From sequence record NC_031039.1: a stretch of DNA of 64,000 nt. One strand, written 5' to 3'. A program made the translations under genes and the position numbers. Positions within the stretch are counted from its first letter, which is position 1. Every line of letters starts with the position of its first letter. The notes below the pieces were generated by a model. That model worked only from the letters and a program-made list of their open reading frames with translations. It ran no database searches and was not told the DNA's origin. Below, piece after piece: positions 26,230 through 36,078 of the stretch.

Positions 26230-27480
26230 ATGAGAGAATCTAGAATAGTGGCGTGTAAAATATCAACATCTATTTCTTCTTTAATTGGAAATATTACTGG
26301 TTATGCTAGATATTTTTTATCTACAAAGTTTCCTCCTGATTTTTTTAAAGATACTCATATTAGTGGTGCTTTAAATGAAATAAGAATGGAAAATGTAGAT
26401 ATTACAAAATTAAGAAAACCTACTCTAATTATGACACCTGAATATAACGGTGAAACCGGATTTATGGAATTGTTACCAAATTGGCACACAACACAATATT
26501 TTACCTTTAAGAATCCAAGGAAGAAATATAATGGTGTACTATACGATAATAAAAATGATATTTATATATACTCAATACCTGATAGAATTAAGGTAAACTT
26601 TAATATTAAAATAAAGTTACCATCTGAATTGTATGCTTATGATGTACTACATTATGTAAAACAAACATTTGAAACTGGTGGATATTTCTATTTAAATGAT
26701 GTAAGTTTACAAACAGAATTACCAAAGATGTATACTAAAATTATAGAGAAAAAATTAAATCTGGATCCAACTAAACCAGATGATAGGGAGAAATTAGAGG
26801 AATACTACTTGGCTAATTCCTATAATGCGATCACAGAAAAAATCAATCAATCTTCAGGTAATAGCCAGTATGCATATACTTATAAAACTAATATTCTTGT
26901 AAATATTCCTGATTTACCTACTTATGAAAAAAATGAAAATGGTTTAATTACTGATAGTACAACAGTAAACTTTCCTTTTTCCTTTGAACTATGGTCTCAT
27001 TCAAATTATATAATGGAAACTAAAGACGATCCAATAATAGACACAATTAGTAATGAGCCAAGTATTGAAGGAAGAACTATGAAATATGACTTTTTTCTTC
27101 CTACTCATTTTATAAAAGAACAATATGATAGTATGCATCTAATTGTGCATAAACAATTCCTTCCAGATATTAATACAGAAGTTGACATATTAGATTTTAG
27201 TCCACTCATTAACTCCGAGTTAAGAGGAGTTATAGAGGAAGCACTAAAGCAAAAATTAGATATGTCAAAACTCTTGAAAGCCAGAGTATTAGTAGATAAC
27301 AAAGAGATATATGAGGAACTCTTTAATGTGGATTGGAAGACTCTCAACTTAATAACGAAAGAACCTATGTATAACATGACTTATACGCTAATGATTTATG
27401 GTGATTTAAAAATTTTAAACCTCATAAGTAAGTATATTGCGGAGGGCACAAAGGAGAAGATATCTGAAATAGAACTATAA
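26230..27480 (+). CDS. Conserved late (probable virion structural) protein
   Basis: 416 aa under a late promoter; no catalytic motif seen. Confidence 0.65.
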   Translation: MRESRIVACKISTSISSLIGNITGYARYFLSTKFPPDFFKDTHISGALNEIRMENVDITKLRKPTLIMTPEYNGETGFMELLPNWHTTQYFTFKNPRKKYNGVLYDNKNDIYIYSIPDRIKVNFNIKIKLPSELYAYDVLHYVKQTFETGGYFYLNDVSLQTELPKMYTKIIEKKLNLDPTKPDDREKLEEYYLANSYNAITEKINQSSGNSQYAYTYKTNILVNIPDLPTYEKNENGLITDSTTVNFPFSFELWSHSNYIMETKDDPIIDTISNEPSIEGRTMKYDFFLPTHFIKEQYDSMHLIVHKQFLPDINTEVDILDFSPLINSELRGVIEEALKQKLDMSKLLKARVLVDNKEIYEELFNVDWKTLNLITKEPMYNMTYTLMIYGDLKILNLISKYIAEGTKEKISEIEL

Positions 27481-27502
27481 AAATTAGAAAGATGGGATTC
27501 AC

Positions 27503-27787
27503 ATGAAATTAGAAGAGCTTTATCAGACACTTAAAAATGAGTATCTTTCAGGTAAATTTTATATTGAAGATAATAAAATTAATTGGATTTACAGTACTGA
27601 AGGTGTAAAAAGTGCTGAAGAAGCTGAAGACAGATGGCTTTCCTTTCTAGGTGCAAAAATTACCGCCGAGAATATCATTGAGGGAACAAACTTTGAAATT
27701 ATTCAAAAGTTTGAAAGTAATAATAAGATTGGTTTTTCAATTAGAGAAAAACTAGTCAAAAAGAAACAAGAATGTTTCTATTATTAA
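27503..27787 (+). CDS. Hypothetical protein
   Basis: 94 aa ORF followed by hairpin. Confidence 0.65.
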   Translation: MKLEELYQTLKNEYLSGKFYIEDNKINWIYSTEGVKSAEEAEDRWLSFLGAKITAENIIEGTNFEIIQKFESNNKIGFSIREKLVKKKQECFYY

Positions 27788-27849
27788 AAAGATAAAATAT
27801 CTCCTATCTGGAGATATTTTATCTTCATACCGTATTATAGTAATATTTC

Positions 27850-27862
27850 AAATATATATTAT
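27850..27862 (+). promoter_or_regulatory. Early promoter motif
   Basis: AAATATATATTAT heading the 27988-30030 cluster. Confidence 0.75.
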
Positions 27863-27987
27863 ATTAATGTTAATAATAGGGATTAGCTAAGAGAAAGGAG
27901 AAATAGTATTAATGAATAAATTATATTTAAAATTACATAATATTAAAACATAAAATATGGAAAAGAAGTGCATAAGGAGAGAATAAA

Positions 27988-28224
27988 ATGAGATCACAAC
28001 TATTTAAAGATTTATTAAAAAAGTATAAAGAAGATAATGAGAATTTTAAATTAAGTGTTTGTGGTAGAGAGTATAGAATAACAGATGTTGTTAATGCTAT
28101 TGAGATTTTTAGAGATGTTATTTTGGGAACTAAGTTTGATTGTAATTTTAGTGTATCACAAGATGGAAGTATAATTACTGCTGAAATTTCTATATTTAAG
28201 ATTGAAGACAAGGAAGTAATCTAA
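27988..28224 (+). CDS. Hypothetical early protein
   Basis: 78 aa, RBS AAGGAG. Confidence 0.7.
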   Translation: MRSQLFKDLLKKYKEDNENFKLSVCGREYRITDVVNAIEIFRDVILGTKFDCNFSVSQDGSIITAEISIFKIEDKEVI

Positions 28225-28250
28225 AGAGATAATATTGGGGGAATATAATA

Positions 28251-28706
28251 ATGTACAGAGCAGATAAAGAATTCTATTCAAAGAAAATCGATAAAATGAT
28301 ATCTAATGTAATCGATGATTATACTGATGAGCCGTATTATGAATTCTTTGATAAAGGAATTAGTATTGAAAGTTTAATAAGAGAAGAGAATAGAAATAAT
28401 CCTGTTGAAAAATCATTTTTAGAAGCATTAAAAGAGTTCAATATTAAATTAGATGTTCCAATGTTTGCTCATCTAAAAGATAGAAATGATCCTTTTGATT
28501 TACTTAATGTATTTCTATTAAAAGAATATGTAGTGATATTGAGTTATTATTCAATTGGAAGTGTAGTTGATACAGCATCAATTTATAAACTAAATGATCC
28601 TAAAGGTTATTTTAAAGAAGAACCCTTGGATGTTGAGCCTGAATCAATTGATATTCTATTTGAAAGAAAAAGAAATGAAGAATCAAAATTAATTAGTGTG
28701 AAATAA
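28251..28706 (+). CDS. Hypothetical early protein
   Basis: 151 aa, RBS GGGGG. Confidence 0.7.
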   Translation: MYRADKEFYSKKIDKMISNVIDDYTDEPYYEFFDKGISIESLIREENRNNPVEKSFLEALKEFNIKLDVPMFAHLKDRNDPFDLLNVFLLKEYVVILSYYSIGSVVDTASIYKLNDPKGYFKEEPLDVEPESIDILFERKRNEESKLISVK

Positions 28707-28766
28707 TAATGGATAAGTAAGGAATATTCCTTACTTATCCATCCTATTCTATTTGGAGGTATAGTA

Positions 28767-29093
28767 ATGATAAAAATAGAAACAAAAAATGATACTGCAA
28801 TGATTAAAGATGAGTCTCTTAGGAAATCGACTGAAGAAGTATTAAATTATTATTTAAGTGCGCTAGGAGTAGAAGATCTAAAGAATAATGAAACAGTTAC
28901 TATCTATGCTATTAGAGAATCGGGTAAACTAGAAGATCATGTTGTTGCAATGGAAATTGAATATATTGAGAGACAAATTGGGAATGTTGTTTCAATAAAT
29001 GTTATAGACCATGATAAAGATCATAATATCATCTATATAATCGATTATAACAATATTGTAGATCCAGAAATTAAATCAATAAGAATAGAATAG
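28767..29093 (+). CDS. Hypothetical protein
   Basis: 108 aa, RBS GGAGG. Confidence 0.7.
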   Translation: MIKIETKNDTAMIKDESLRKSTEEVLNYYLSALGVEDLKNNETVTIYAIRESGKLEDHVVAMEIEYIERQIGNVVSINVIDHDKDHNIIYIIDYNNIVDPEIKSIRIE

Positions 29094-29105
29094 GAGTTAC
29101 TATAA

Positions 29106-29606
29106 ATGGTACAAATCCTTAATTTAAGTGAAGGATCAGCAAATGATAAAATAAAAGCAGTTGAAAGATTAAGAGATGAATTTGATAATAATAGTTTTAC
29201 TTTATATACTATGGAAACTAAGATAATGGGAGTTGAAGATAGAATAACAAGAATCTATCTAGGTGACTTATTATTAATGCATGCATCTAATCACCTTATT
29301 GTACCTGATAAAATGGGAAATCCTATGCAATCCAGCAATGGTGTAACAGTATTTAATGGATCTAGAGATCATCAGAGAATGTTAGAAGTTGGTATTGGTG
29401 GATGGGATGCATTTAAATTCTGGATTTCCAATACTACCTTCCTATATGCATTTAGATGTAAAAATTTTAGAGATTTATTAAATGGTTCAAAGCAAATTGA
29501 TCCAATGATTAATAGTATCTTTTATAAATTTTTTAAAAATCCAGATGTTAGAGAACAATTTACTCGTGTTTTAAATGAAGCTCGAATTAATATTAAGGAG
29601 AATTAA
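29106..29606 (+). CDS. Hypothetical protein
   Basis: 166 aa, RBS AGGAG. Confidence 0.7.
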   Translation: MVQILNLSEGSANDKIKAVERLRDEFDNNSFTLYTMETKIMGVEDRITRIYLGDLLLMHASNHLIVPDKMGNPMQSSNGVTVFNGSRDHQRMLEVGIGGWDAFKFWISNTTFLYAFRCKNFRDLLNGSKQIDPMINSIFYKFFKNPDVREQFTRVLNEARINIKEN

Positions 29607-29609
29607 TAG

Positions 29610-29852
29610 ATGCTAGATAATAGTATAGATGAGCGTATGATGACGGCTAAACTAAATATCTCTTTTAAAATAAAAAAAGAGTTACAAAAAAGAAAAATAT
29701 CTATACGTCAGTTAGAAGAAAATATAGGATTAAAACATCCTCAAATAGTAAGAATAACTAATGCTGATAATAATTATAATATCAATACATTATTGAAAAT
29801 TTTAGATGGTCTAGATTTAGAAGTTACGATTCAAAATAAAAATAAGCAGTAA
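29610..29852 (+). CDS. XRE-family HTH DNA-binding protein
   Basis: ISIRQLEENIGLKHPQIVRITNADNNYNINTLLKILDGLD. Confidence 0.85.
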   Translation: MLDNSIDERMMTAKLNISFKIKKELQKRKISIRQLEENIGLKHPQIVRITNADNNYNINTLLKILDGLDLEVTIQNKNKQ

Positions 29853-29868
29853 ATAAGAGGTAAAATAG

Positions 29869-30030
29869 ATGATCAAAGATTTAAAAACTATTGCTCTATG
29901 TTTAGTTGGGTTTATTATTATATTCTTCATAATTAAAACATTTATGTATTCTAATGAGGAAGAAGAATGTCTAAAAAGAGATCATTATGTAGATGATTTT
30001 AAATGGGAAGAATATTGTAAAAATAAATAG
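29869..30030 (+). CDS. Small membrane-anchored protein (53 aa)
   Basis: RBS AGAGG; TM helix IALCLVGFIIIFFII, then two Cys; below ORF-track cutoff. Confidence 0.6.
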   Translation: MIKDLKTIALCLVGFIIIFFIIKTFMYSNEEEECLKRDHYVDDFKWEEYCKNK

Positions 30031-30034
30031 AAAG

Positions 30035-30066
30035 AATAATCCTATATCACATGATATAGGATTATT
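30035..30066. terminator. Bidirectional terminator
   Basis: AATAATCCTATATC-acat-GATATAGGATTATT between convergent genes. Confidence 0.75.
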
Positions 30067-30072
30067 TTTTTT

Positions 30073-30807
30073 TTATGCATAAATAAGATATTCAATTAAT
30101 ACTGTTTTAGTAAGAGATGTGAGTGACTCTGAATCAAAAGTTACTCTTGAAAATAGCTCAGTATCTTTATAGGTATTATTAGCTTCATCATACTCAGCAA
30201 ATACTAAGCCTAGTTCATTAATGAGATATCCTCTAGTTTCATCTGCATTAATTTTAAGCATAATCTTTTGATAAACTTCATTATTTTCTTTACTGAATAC
30301 CCATTGAGGTTCTACTTCAAAAACTTTACCATAATATTCAGTAGTTCCATCAGATCTTACTTCAGGCAGATAATAACGTTTTCTTTGTTCTTCTGAAAGT
30401 TCCTCAATAATAGAAGGATTATTTTCTTTTTCAGGAGTTTCATGCTTTGCTGGATCCTGAACAACAAATGGAACTGGCTTTGCTAGATCTTCGTCACTAT
30501 ACAATGGCGCAAAAGGTTGGAAAGGTGCAGATTCAATATCAGCGCCACCTGAACCTACTTTAAATAAGCAAATACTTCTATTTAAGTTAACTTTATAACC
30601 TGAAGCTTCTGCATCAATCGGTTTACCAAATAAACGCTCCAAAGCATATGTTCTTCCACGTAGTACAATTAGATTATCTTTTTCTAAAATTGTATTTCCA
30701 AATTCATCCATTACTTTTACTTTACCTTTTAATCCCATGCCAGAACTTGGCTGAGAAGTTTTATCTCCAATATTAATCCCATCATTGAATTTCAATTTTT
30801 CAGTCAT
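30073..30807 (-). CDS. Baseplate/tail-collar-type structural protein
   Basis: NLIVLRGR...FKVGSGG...INELGL...LFSRVTF...IEYLIY pattern of tail-collar/baseplate proteins; start reset to ATG 30807; late motif at 30836-30847. Confidence 0.6.
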   Translation of the reverse strand: MTEKLKFNDGINIGDKTSQPSSGMGLKGKVKVMDEFGNTILEKDNLIVLRGRTYALERLFGKPIDAEASGYKVNLNRSICLFKVGSGGADIESAPFQPFAPLYSDEDLAKPVPFVVQDPAKHETPEKENNPSIIEELSEEQRKRYYLPEVRSDGTTEYYGKVFEVEPQWVFSKENNEVYQKIMLKINADETRGYLINELGLVFAEYDEANNTYKDTELFSRVTFDSESLTSLTKTVLIEYLIYA

Positions 30808-30856
30808 TATTGAAACCTCCAATTTATTATATTTACAAATAAATGTTTACTATTCT

Positions 30857-33073
30857 TTAAACTTCCTCATAAATAACCTTATCTTCTTGATTCTCTTCAG
30901 ATACAGTTATTTTTACTGATTCTTTCAATAACATAGTATCATTATTGTTTAAACTAGACTCATAATTAAAGCGATCAGATAATTTATAGATATCATGTTG
31001 ATTTATTTGAATATCTGAAATTTTATATTGATCATGATAACCTATACCTTCTATTGGTGAGTGAATTGTATGAACTATTCGATCATCATTGAGAACCATA
31101 TTAGAATCATCTTTATACAATTGAGATTGCCACCACATTACATCTCTTATATTTAATGGTACTTTGATATTAAGATTAGTATCTAAGATATTAGAAATAT
31201 CTAATAGATCGATAGTGCTTGCAAAACTATGATCTGTTGTTGCACTAAAATCATCAAATAATTTAAGAGTATTAAATGTTTTATCATCAAATGAAAATAC
31301 AATATTAGCTGATAAAAGATCAATAGTGTATGATTTAAAAATACTAATAATTGTATAAAGATATTTTTCTATATATGAACTTAGTCCAATAAAATTATTA
31401 TTTGTAAAATATCTTCTTACTTTCGGATCACTAATATAGTTTCCAATTGATTCAGTTAATTCAAATACTCTATCTTTATAAAAATTAGCTAATAATTTCT
31501 CACTATCTTTAATAGTATCTGGTACTTGAATATATTTATATAGATCATAATTTCTTGTTTTAATGTAATCACTAAATGTTTCACTATCACCATAAATAGA
31601 ATTGCTGATTTTAGTCCTCATTTCAATATCCCATATCTCTTGAAGTTTTCTATAGATATGATAGTTATCAGTTTCTATAATCATATCTTCTAGATATTTT
31701 CGCATTTTCTCATTTGTATTAAAAACCTCTAAGAAATCTTCGATAGAATATTTTTCTTTCTCAAAACCTGTCATTTTAAAATTCTCAGTAAATTCAATAA
31801 TTTCTTTATAATTATTGATTCTAGAAGCATTTTTAATAGCTATCTCTTTAATTTCACTCATTATACTACTAATATCTATACTATTTTCTATGTCCCGATA
31901 GCCATAGATATAATTAATAACATCTGGATTCTTACTTATAGTATCCCTATAACCATGACTTCTAATAACTAAAGATTGCAGAGCTACTATAGCATCATAT
32001 ATCTTGACTATATTTTCAGAAATACTTCCGTTAATAAATCCAAAGTCAATACCTTCTTTTTGACTATAATCTAATTGAAACTTATTTAATATTGACATGA
32101 AATAAGCTAACCCAATTGTTTCATTCATAGCATCTATTGTAGTATCAACACTCATATATTTTGAATTAATAAAATTAAAAGGAATACTCTTTACTTCATC
32201 TTCTGATGCTTGCCAATAAGGATCATTTGAAACAATTGAATTATAATCTAGAATAATATCTTTTTTAAAATCAACTTCTTTATCAGCAGGTGTTTTAAAA
32301 AACATTAGATAAGGATCATTATAGTTTAATTTCCCAGTTCTTGGATCTGTACTATAACCCTTTGCCAATACATATCTATATATCTCTATATTATCAAAAC
32401 CAAATAAATTGATAATTTCAAGAATAGCCTGATTAGTTCCTTTATGAGATAATAATGTATTAATCATTTTTAATAATCTTCTTTGATAGTTAATTGGCAT
32501 ATCCTCAAAATAATCAAGACCAACTGAAATAAATGCATTTTTAAGAGTCCTCATATCATAAACATCTATATTAAAGAAATTTTCCATCTTTCTAGTTAGA
32601 TATCTCTGGACGGTAGAGAATATTAAGAACAATTTAATAAATCCTCTATACATATCTTGGTTTTTAAATGCCTTAGTAGAGGTAACTTTATTATGATAAT
32701 TTAGTACTTCATAGTAGCACTCATAAAATAGATTCATTTCTTCTCTTGATAAAGTAGGTCTTGTGGCTAATAAAATATGAAGATCTTTGGCAGTTCTAGA
32801 AGTTAAATAGTCTATACCCCAGTTATCATACAATTCTTTATAGTAACTATTTAACTCAGTATAACCATCAATTATTTTTTTCTTAGTTTCTTCATCTACA
32901 TCATATAAACCTAAACGTATATTTATGAATTCATTAGACAAACGATAAGAATTTGTAGTTTCCAAGGAATCAGCTAATTCAGTATCTTTTAGAATGAGAC
33001 CATTGGCGAACTCAAGGACGCTTTCAATCTCATTTATATCCCCTTGTGAGAGGACACTATAATTGCTTCCCAA
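30857..33073 (-). CDS. Baseplate wedge subunit (P2 gpI / T4 gp7-like motif)
   Basis: INTLLSHKGTNQAILEIINLFGFDNIEIY resembles the Tail_P2_I core; 738 aa. Confidence 0.55.
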   Translation of the reverse strand: MGSNYSVLSQGDINEIESVLEFANGLILKDTELADSLETTNSYRLSNEFINIRLGLYDVDEETKKKIIDGYTELNSYYKELYDNWGIDYLTSRTAKDLHILLATRPTLSREEMNLFYECYYEVLNYHNKVTSTKAFKNQDMYRGFIKLFLIFSTVQRYLTRKMENFFNIDVYDMRTLKNAFISVGLDYFEDMPINYQRRLLKMINTLLSHKGTNQAILEIINLFGFDNIEIYRYVLAKGYSTDPRTGKLNYNDPYLMFFKTPADKEVDFKKDIILDYNSIVSNDPYWQASEDEVKSIPFNFINSKYMSVDTTIDAMNETIGLAYFMSILNKFQLDYSQKEGIDFGFINGSISENIVKIYDAIVALQSLVIRSHGYRDTISKNPDVINYIYGYRDIENSIDISSIMSEIKEIAIKNASRINNYKEIIEFTENFKMTGFEKEKYSIEDFLEVFNTNEKMRKYLEDMIIETDNYHIYRKLQEIWDIEMRTKISNSIYGDSETFSDYIKTRNYDLYKYIQVPDTIKDSEKLLANFYKDRVFELTESIGNYISDPKVRRYFTNNNFIGLSSYIEKYLYTIISIFKSYTIDLLSANIVFSFDDKTFNTLKLFDDFSATTDHSFASTIDLLDISNILDTNLNIKVPLNIRDVMWWQSQLYKDDSNMVLNDDRIVHTIHSPIEGIGYHDQYKISDIQINQHDIYKLSDRFNYESSLNNNDTMLLKESVKITVSEENQEDKVIYEEV

Positions 33074-33103
33074 TCGTGTTCACCTCGCTTATTATTTATC
33101 TTT

Positions 33104-33796
33104 ATGTTCAGAAATGGAGGAAATGTGAAAATGATAAAAAAAATTAATAGTCCTGCTAAAGTCAATAATATTGTAAATATTCAGAGTGTACAGAATAATG
33201 ATAATATTTTATTAAAAAATATGGATGGTTACTTCCAAGAAAAATTTTATTTTACTGATATCTATGATGATACTAAAATGAAAAAATTAGTTGGATCTAT
33301 TAAAAGTCAAATTAGATCAAGTGATGAGTATTCCCATTATATTGGTTTCCTCAAGAATGAATTAGGTTTATCTCATTGTGCTGTTTTAGGAAATGTATCA
33401 GCAGAAGATGCGTCATTAGAATTTCACCATTATCCTTTTACTATACATGACATAATTAATCTTTCAATTAGTAGAAATATCCTTTTAGGAAAAAAATTTA
33501 ATTCTTTTACTATTATAAAGGAAGTATTAGATGATCATTATAATAATATAATAGGTCTAGTACCATTATCATTAACAGTTCATGAACTGGTTCATGCTGG
33601 TGAAATATTTGTTAATTTAAATCAAGTTTATGGTGATATAAATGAATTTAATAAAAAATATTCATTTGCTATGACTGATGATATGATTGAAAAATTTAAT
33701 AAATTAATAGAACTAAGTGAGAGTAATGCGCCATATAGTGAAACTAATATTCTCAAAAAAATATATGATAAAATTGAAGATAACGATAGAACTTAA
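33104..33796 (+). CDS. HNH-like protein, paralog of 21204-21908
   Basis: YIGFLKNELG, LEFHHYPFT, IGLVPLSLTVHELVHAGEIFVNLN shared with the 21204 ORF; true start may be GTG 33125 or ATG 33131. Confidence 0.6.
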   Translation: MFRNGGNVKMIKKINSPAKVNNIVNIQSVQNNDNILLKNMDGYFQEKFYFTDIYDDTKMKKLVGSIKSQIRSSDEYSHYIGFLKNELGLSHCAVLGNVSAEDASLEFHHYPFTIHDIINLSISRNILLGKKFNSFTIIKEVLDDHYNNIIGLVPLSLTVHELVHAGEIFVNLNQVYGDINEFNKKYSFAMTDDMIEKFNKLIELSESNAPYSETNILKKIYDKIEDNDRT

Positions 33797-33819
33797 TCTA
33801 TCGTTATCTTCACTATTTA

Positions 33820-34092
33820 TTAACTAATGAACGGTTCCCATTCATTATTCTTGTCATTTAGAATTTTACTTTCTGTTGTTCCACTATCATACATTGACCA
33901 ATCGTGAAACCTTTCAGCTGATTCATGAGAATCTTTATCACATAATGCTTCATAATATAAAGTTTTATCATCATCATACACACGTACTCTTTCTACGTTT
34001 TTACCTTTATAATCATCTGTGACTTTTTCCAAAACATCTGATTCTCTATTTCTTTTTTCTGATAGAAAGTCTCTTACTACTTTAAATCCCAT
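33820..34092 (-). CDS. Hypothetical protein
   Basis: 90 aa, RBS GGAG; bidirectional hairpin at 33776-33811. Confidence 0.7.
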   Translation of the reverse strand: MGFKVVRDFLSEKRNRESDVLEKVTDDYKGKNVERVRVYDDDKTLYYEALCDKDSHESAERFHDWSMYDSGTTESKILNDKNNEWEPFIS

Positions 34093-34118
34093 TTTAAATC
34101 ATCTCCATAATAATATTA

Positions 34119-34673
34119 TTACTTTACTTTCTCCTTAGCAAGTGTTTTAAGTTTCAATAGACATTTTTCTTTCCTTCTTTGCTCTTTTAACATTTCATCA
34201 ATAATTCGTTTTTCACGTTCAAGATAAATTTCATAATACTCATTAATTAAATCAAAACTAAAATTAACTTGTGGATAATATTGATTTATTTCTCTCTCAA
34301 AGATTACAGCTGGAACAGTAGTATTTCTAAATCCTTCAAGAGCTTTCCCAATCGCCTTTAGACTATCACAATCACCATCTACTCTTTCAAAATTAACATA
34401 ATCCATTTCTTGTCCAAACTCTTCTGCTAGATTACTAGTAAAACCAATAAGTATTTCAATATCTCTTTTTAATTCCCTAATATCAATATAACACGAATCA
34501 TCTTTTTCTTGATTCCCCAATCGATAATTACTACCCTCATGTTTTAATGCCCTATTGGTATCATCAATAACAATAGGTCTTAACTTACCAAATATGTTTG
34601 CATCATTTAACTCCTTTACTAAGTTCTCCAATGCTACTAATGTCATATCTTTTCCCAAATGAAAAACCTCCAT
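34119..34673 (-). CDS. Hypothetical early protein
   Basis: 184 aa; early motif at 34698-34710. Confidence 0.7.
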   Translation of the reverse strand: MEVFHLGKDMTLVALENLVKELNDANIFGKLRPIVIDDTNRALKHEGSNYRLGNQEKDDSCYIDIRELKRDIEILIGFTSNLAEEFGQEMDYVNFERVDGDCDSLKAIGKALEGFRNTTVPAVIFEREINQYYPQVNFSFDLINEYYEIYLEREKRIIDEMLKEQRRKEKCLLKLKTLAKEKVK

Positions 34674-34729
34674 ATTAATAAAACTTTTATCATTAATATA
34701 ATATATATTTAAAATTTACATTTACTATG

Positions 34730-34741
34730 AACAATAGAATA
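34730..34741 (+). promoter_or_regulatory. Late promoter motif upstream of RNAP beta' middle subunit
   Basis: AACA-ATAGAA-TA 32 nt before the TTG start. Confidence 0.55.
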
Positions 34742-34772
34742 GAGACATATAGAGATATGGAGGTTGAAATAA

Positions 34773-35978
34773 TTGGAAAAAGTACAAAAACCAATATCTA
34801 TTTCAGAAAAGGATAAAGACTTTTTATTTTCTCTTTCTGAGGAAGATATTACATTAGAAATGCTAGAAAAACTTTTCGCTAATAAAAAGAATACAAAAGC
34901 TATGTTCAAGCCAAATGATATATTTGTATTACCAAAGGGTAGATTATATAATGATAAAAGTATGACAACAACTGTTGGAAGATATATTTTTAATTTATTT
35001 ATGTTATCCCCTAAGATTATTCAATTAGTAGGATACCAAAATATTTCATTTGATGATGGTAATATTGGTGGATTGGAAAATACTCTCTCTGAATATTTGA
35101 TTGAAGATAAAATTACAGTGCAAGAATTTGCAGATTATATTGACAAATTACAATGGCTTGGATTTATTACTGCAAAATTCTTAAATGCGTCACTAACTTA
35201 TGATCTATTAGAGATACCTAAAGAAACGGATGCTCTGAAAAAGAAATTAATTCAAGAGCATAAAAAAGCATTGGAATCTGGTGATTTAATTGCTATTAAT
35301 AAAATTGAAAAACAGTTAGTAGCTGATGCAAAAGGAAGAGTATCTGATATTCCTGACTATCAAATTTATGCTAGTGGTGCTCGTGGAAGTTTTGGTAACA
35401 ACTATAAGAATACCACTCTTTTAAGGGGCGCAATTAAAAACTTGGCAAATCCAGATCAGGTTCATATCTCAGACGCTTCTTTAATGGAAGGAATACCTCC
35501 TGAAGAGATTCAATATTATTCTGATATTATTACTCAAGCATCATACAGTCGTGCTGTTGGTACTAGAGAAGGTGGTTATGAATCTAAGAAACTTAGTGCT
35601 GCCTTCCAAAATATCGTTTTGGATGATGAAGGATCTGATTGTCATACGAAAAAGACGATAACCATTGAACTTAATAAAGGTAATGCAAACATGTTCATGT
35701 ATAGGTATATTGTAGAAAATAATAAACTAGTATTATTGACTTCTGATAATATTAACAACTATATTGGTAAGATAATCAAGATTAGAAGTCCTTTATATTG
35801 TTTAAATAAACAATATTGTAGTAAATGTGCGGGAGAACTCTACTATCGTTTAGGTATTAGGAATGTTGGAATAATTTCCAACCGTATTGGGACTTCTTTG
35901 CTCAACGCATCTTTAAAAGCATTTCACGATATGACACTAAAAGTTGTAAATCTTGATATAGATAAATATATTGAGTAA
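34773..35978 (+). CDS. rpoC: Split RNA polymerase beta' subunit, middle part (probably virion RNAP)
   Basis: SGARGS, SYSRAVGTREGGYESKKL (bridge helix-like), DCHTKK...IRSPLYC...CSKCAG Zn site, IGTSLLNASLKAFH (trigger-loop-like). Confidence 0.88.
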   Translation: MEKVQKPISISEKDKDFLFSLSEEDITLEMLEKLFANKKNTKAMFKPNDIFVLPKGRLYNDKSMTTTVGRYIFNLFMLSPKIIQLVGYQNISFDDGNIGGLENTLSEYLIEDKITVQEFADYIDKLQWLGFITAKFLNASLTYDLLEIPKETDALKKKLIQEHKKALESGDLIAINKIEKQLVADAKGRVSDIPDYQIYASGARGSFGNNYKNTTLLRGAIKNLANPDQVHISDASLMEGIPPEEIQYYSDIITQASYSRAVGTREGGYESKKLSAAFQNIVLDDEGSDCHTKKTITIELNKGNANMFMYRYIVENNKLVLLTSDNINNYIGKIIKIRSPLYCLNKQYCSKCAGELYYRLGIRNVGIISNRIGTSLLNASLKAFHDMTLKVVNLDIDKYIE

Positions 35979-36078
35979 AATTTAGATAATTTTATTTTAG
36001 TTTTCCATTTAATAATTAAGTACCATTAAACAAATATATATTATAATTGTATAATATAAAATGGGGGAATATTATTAA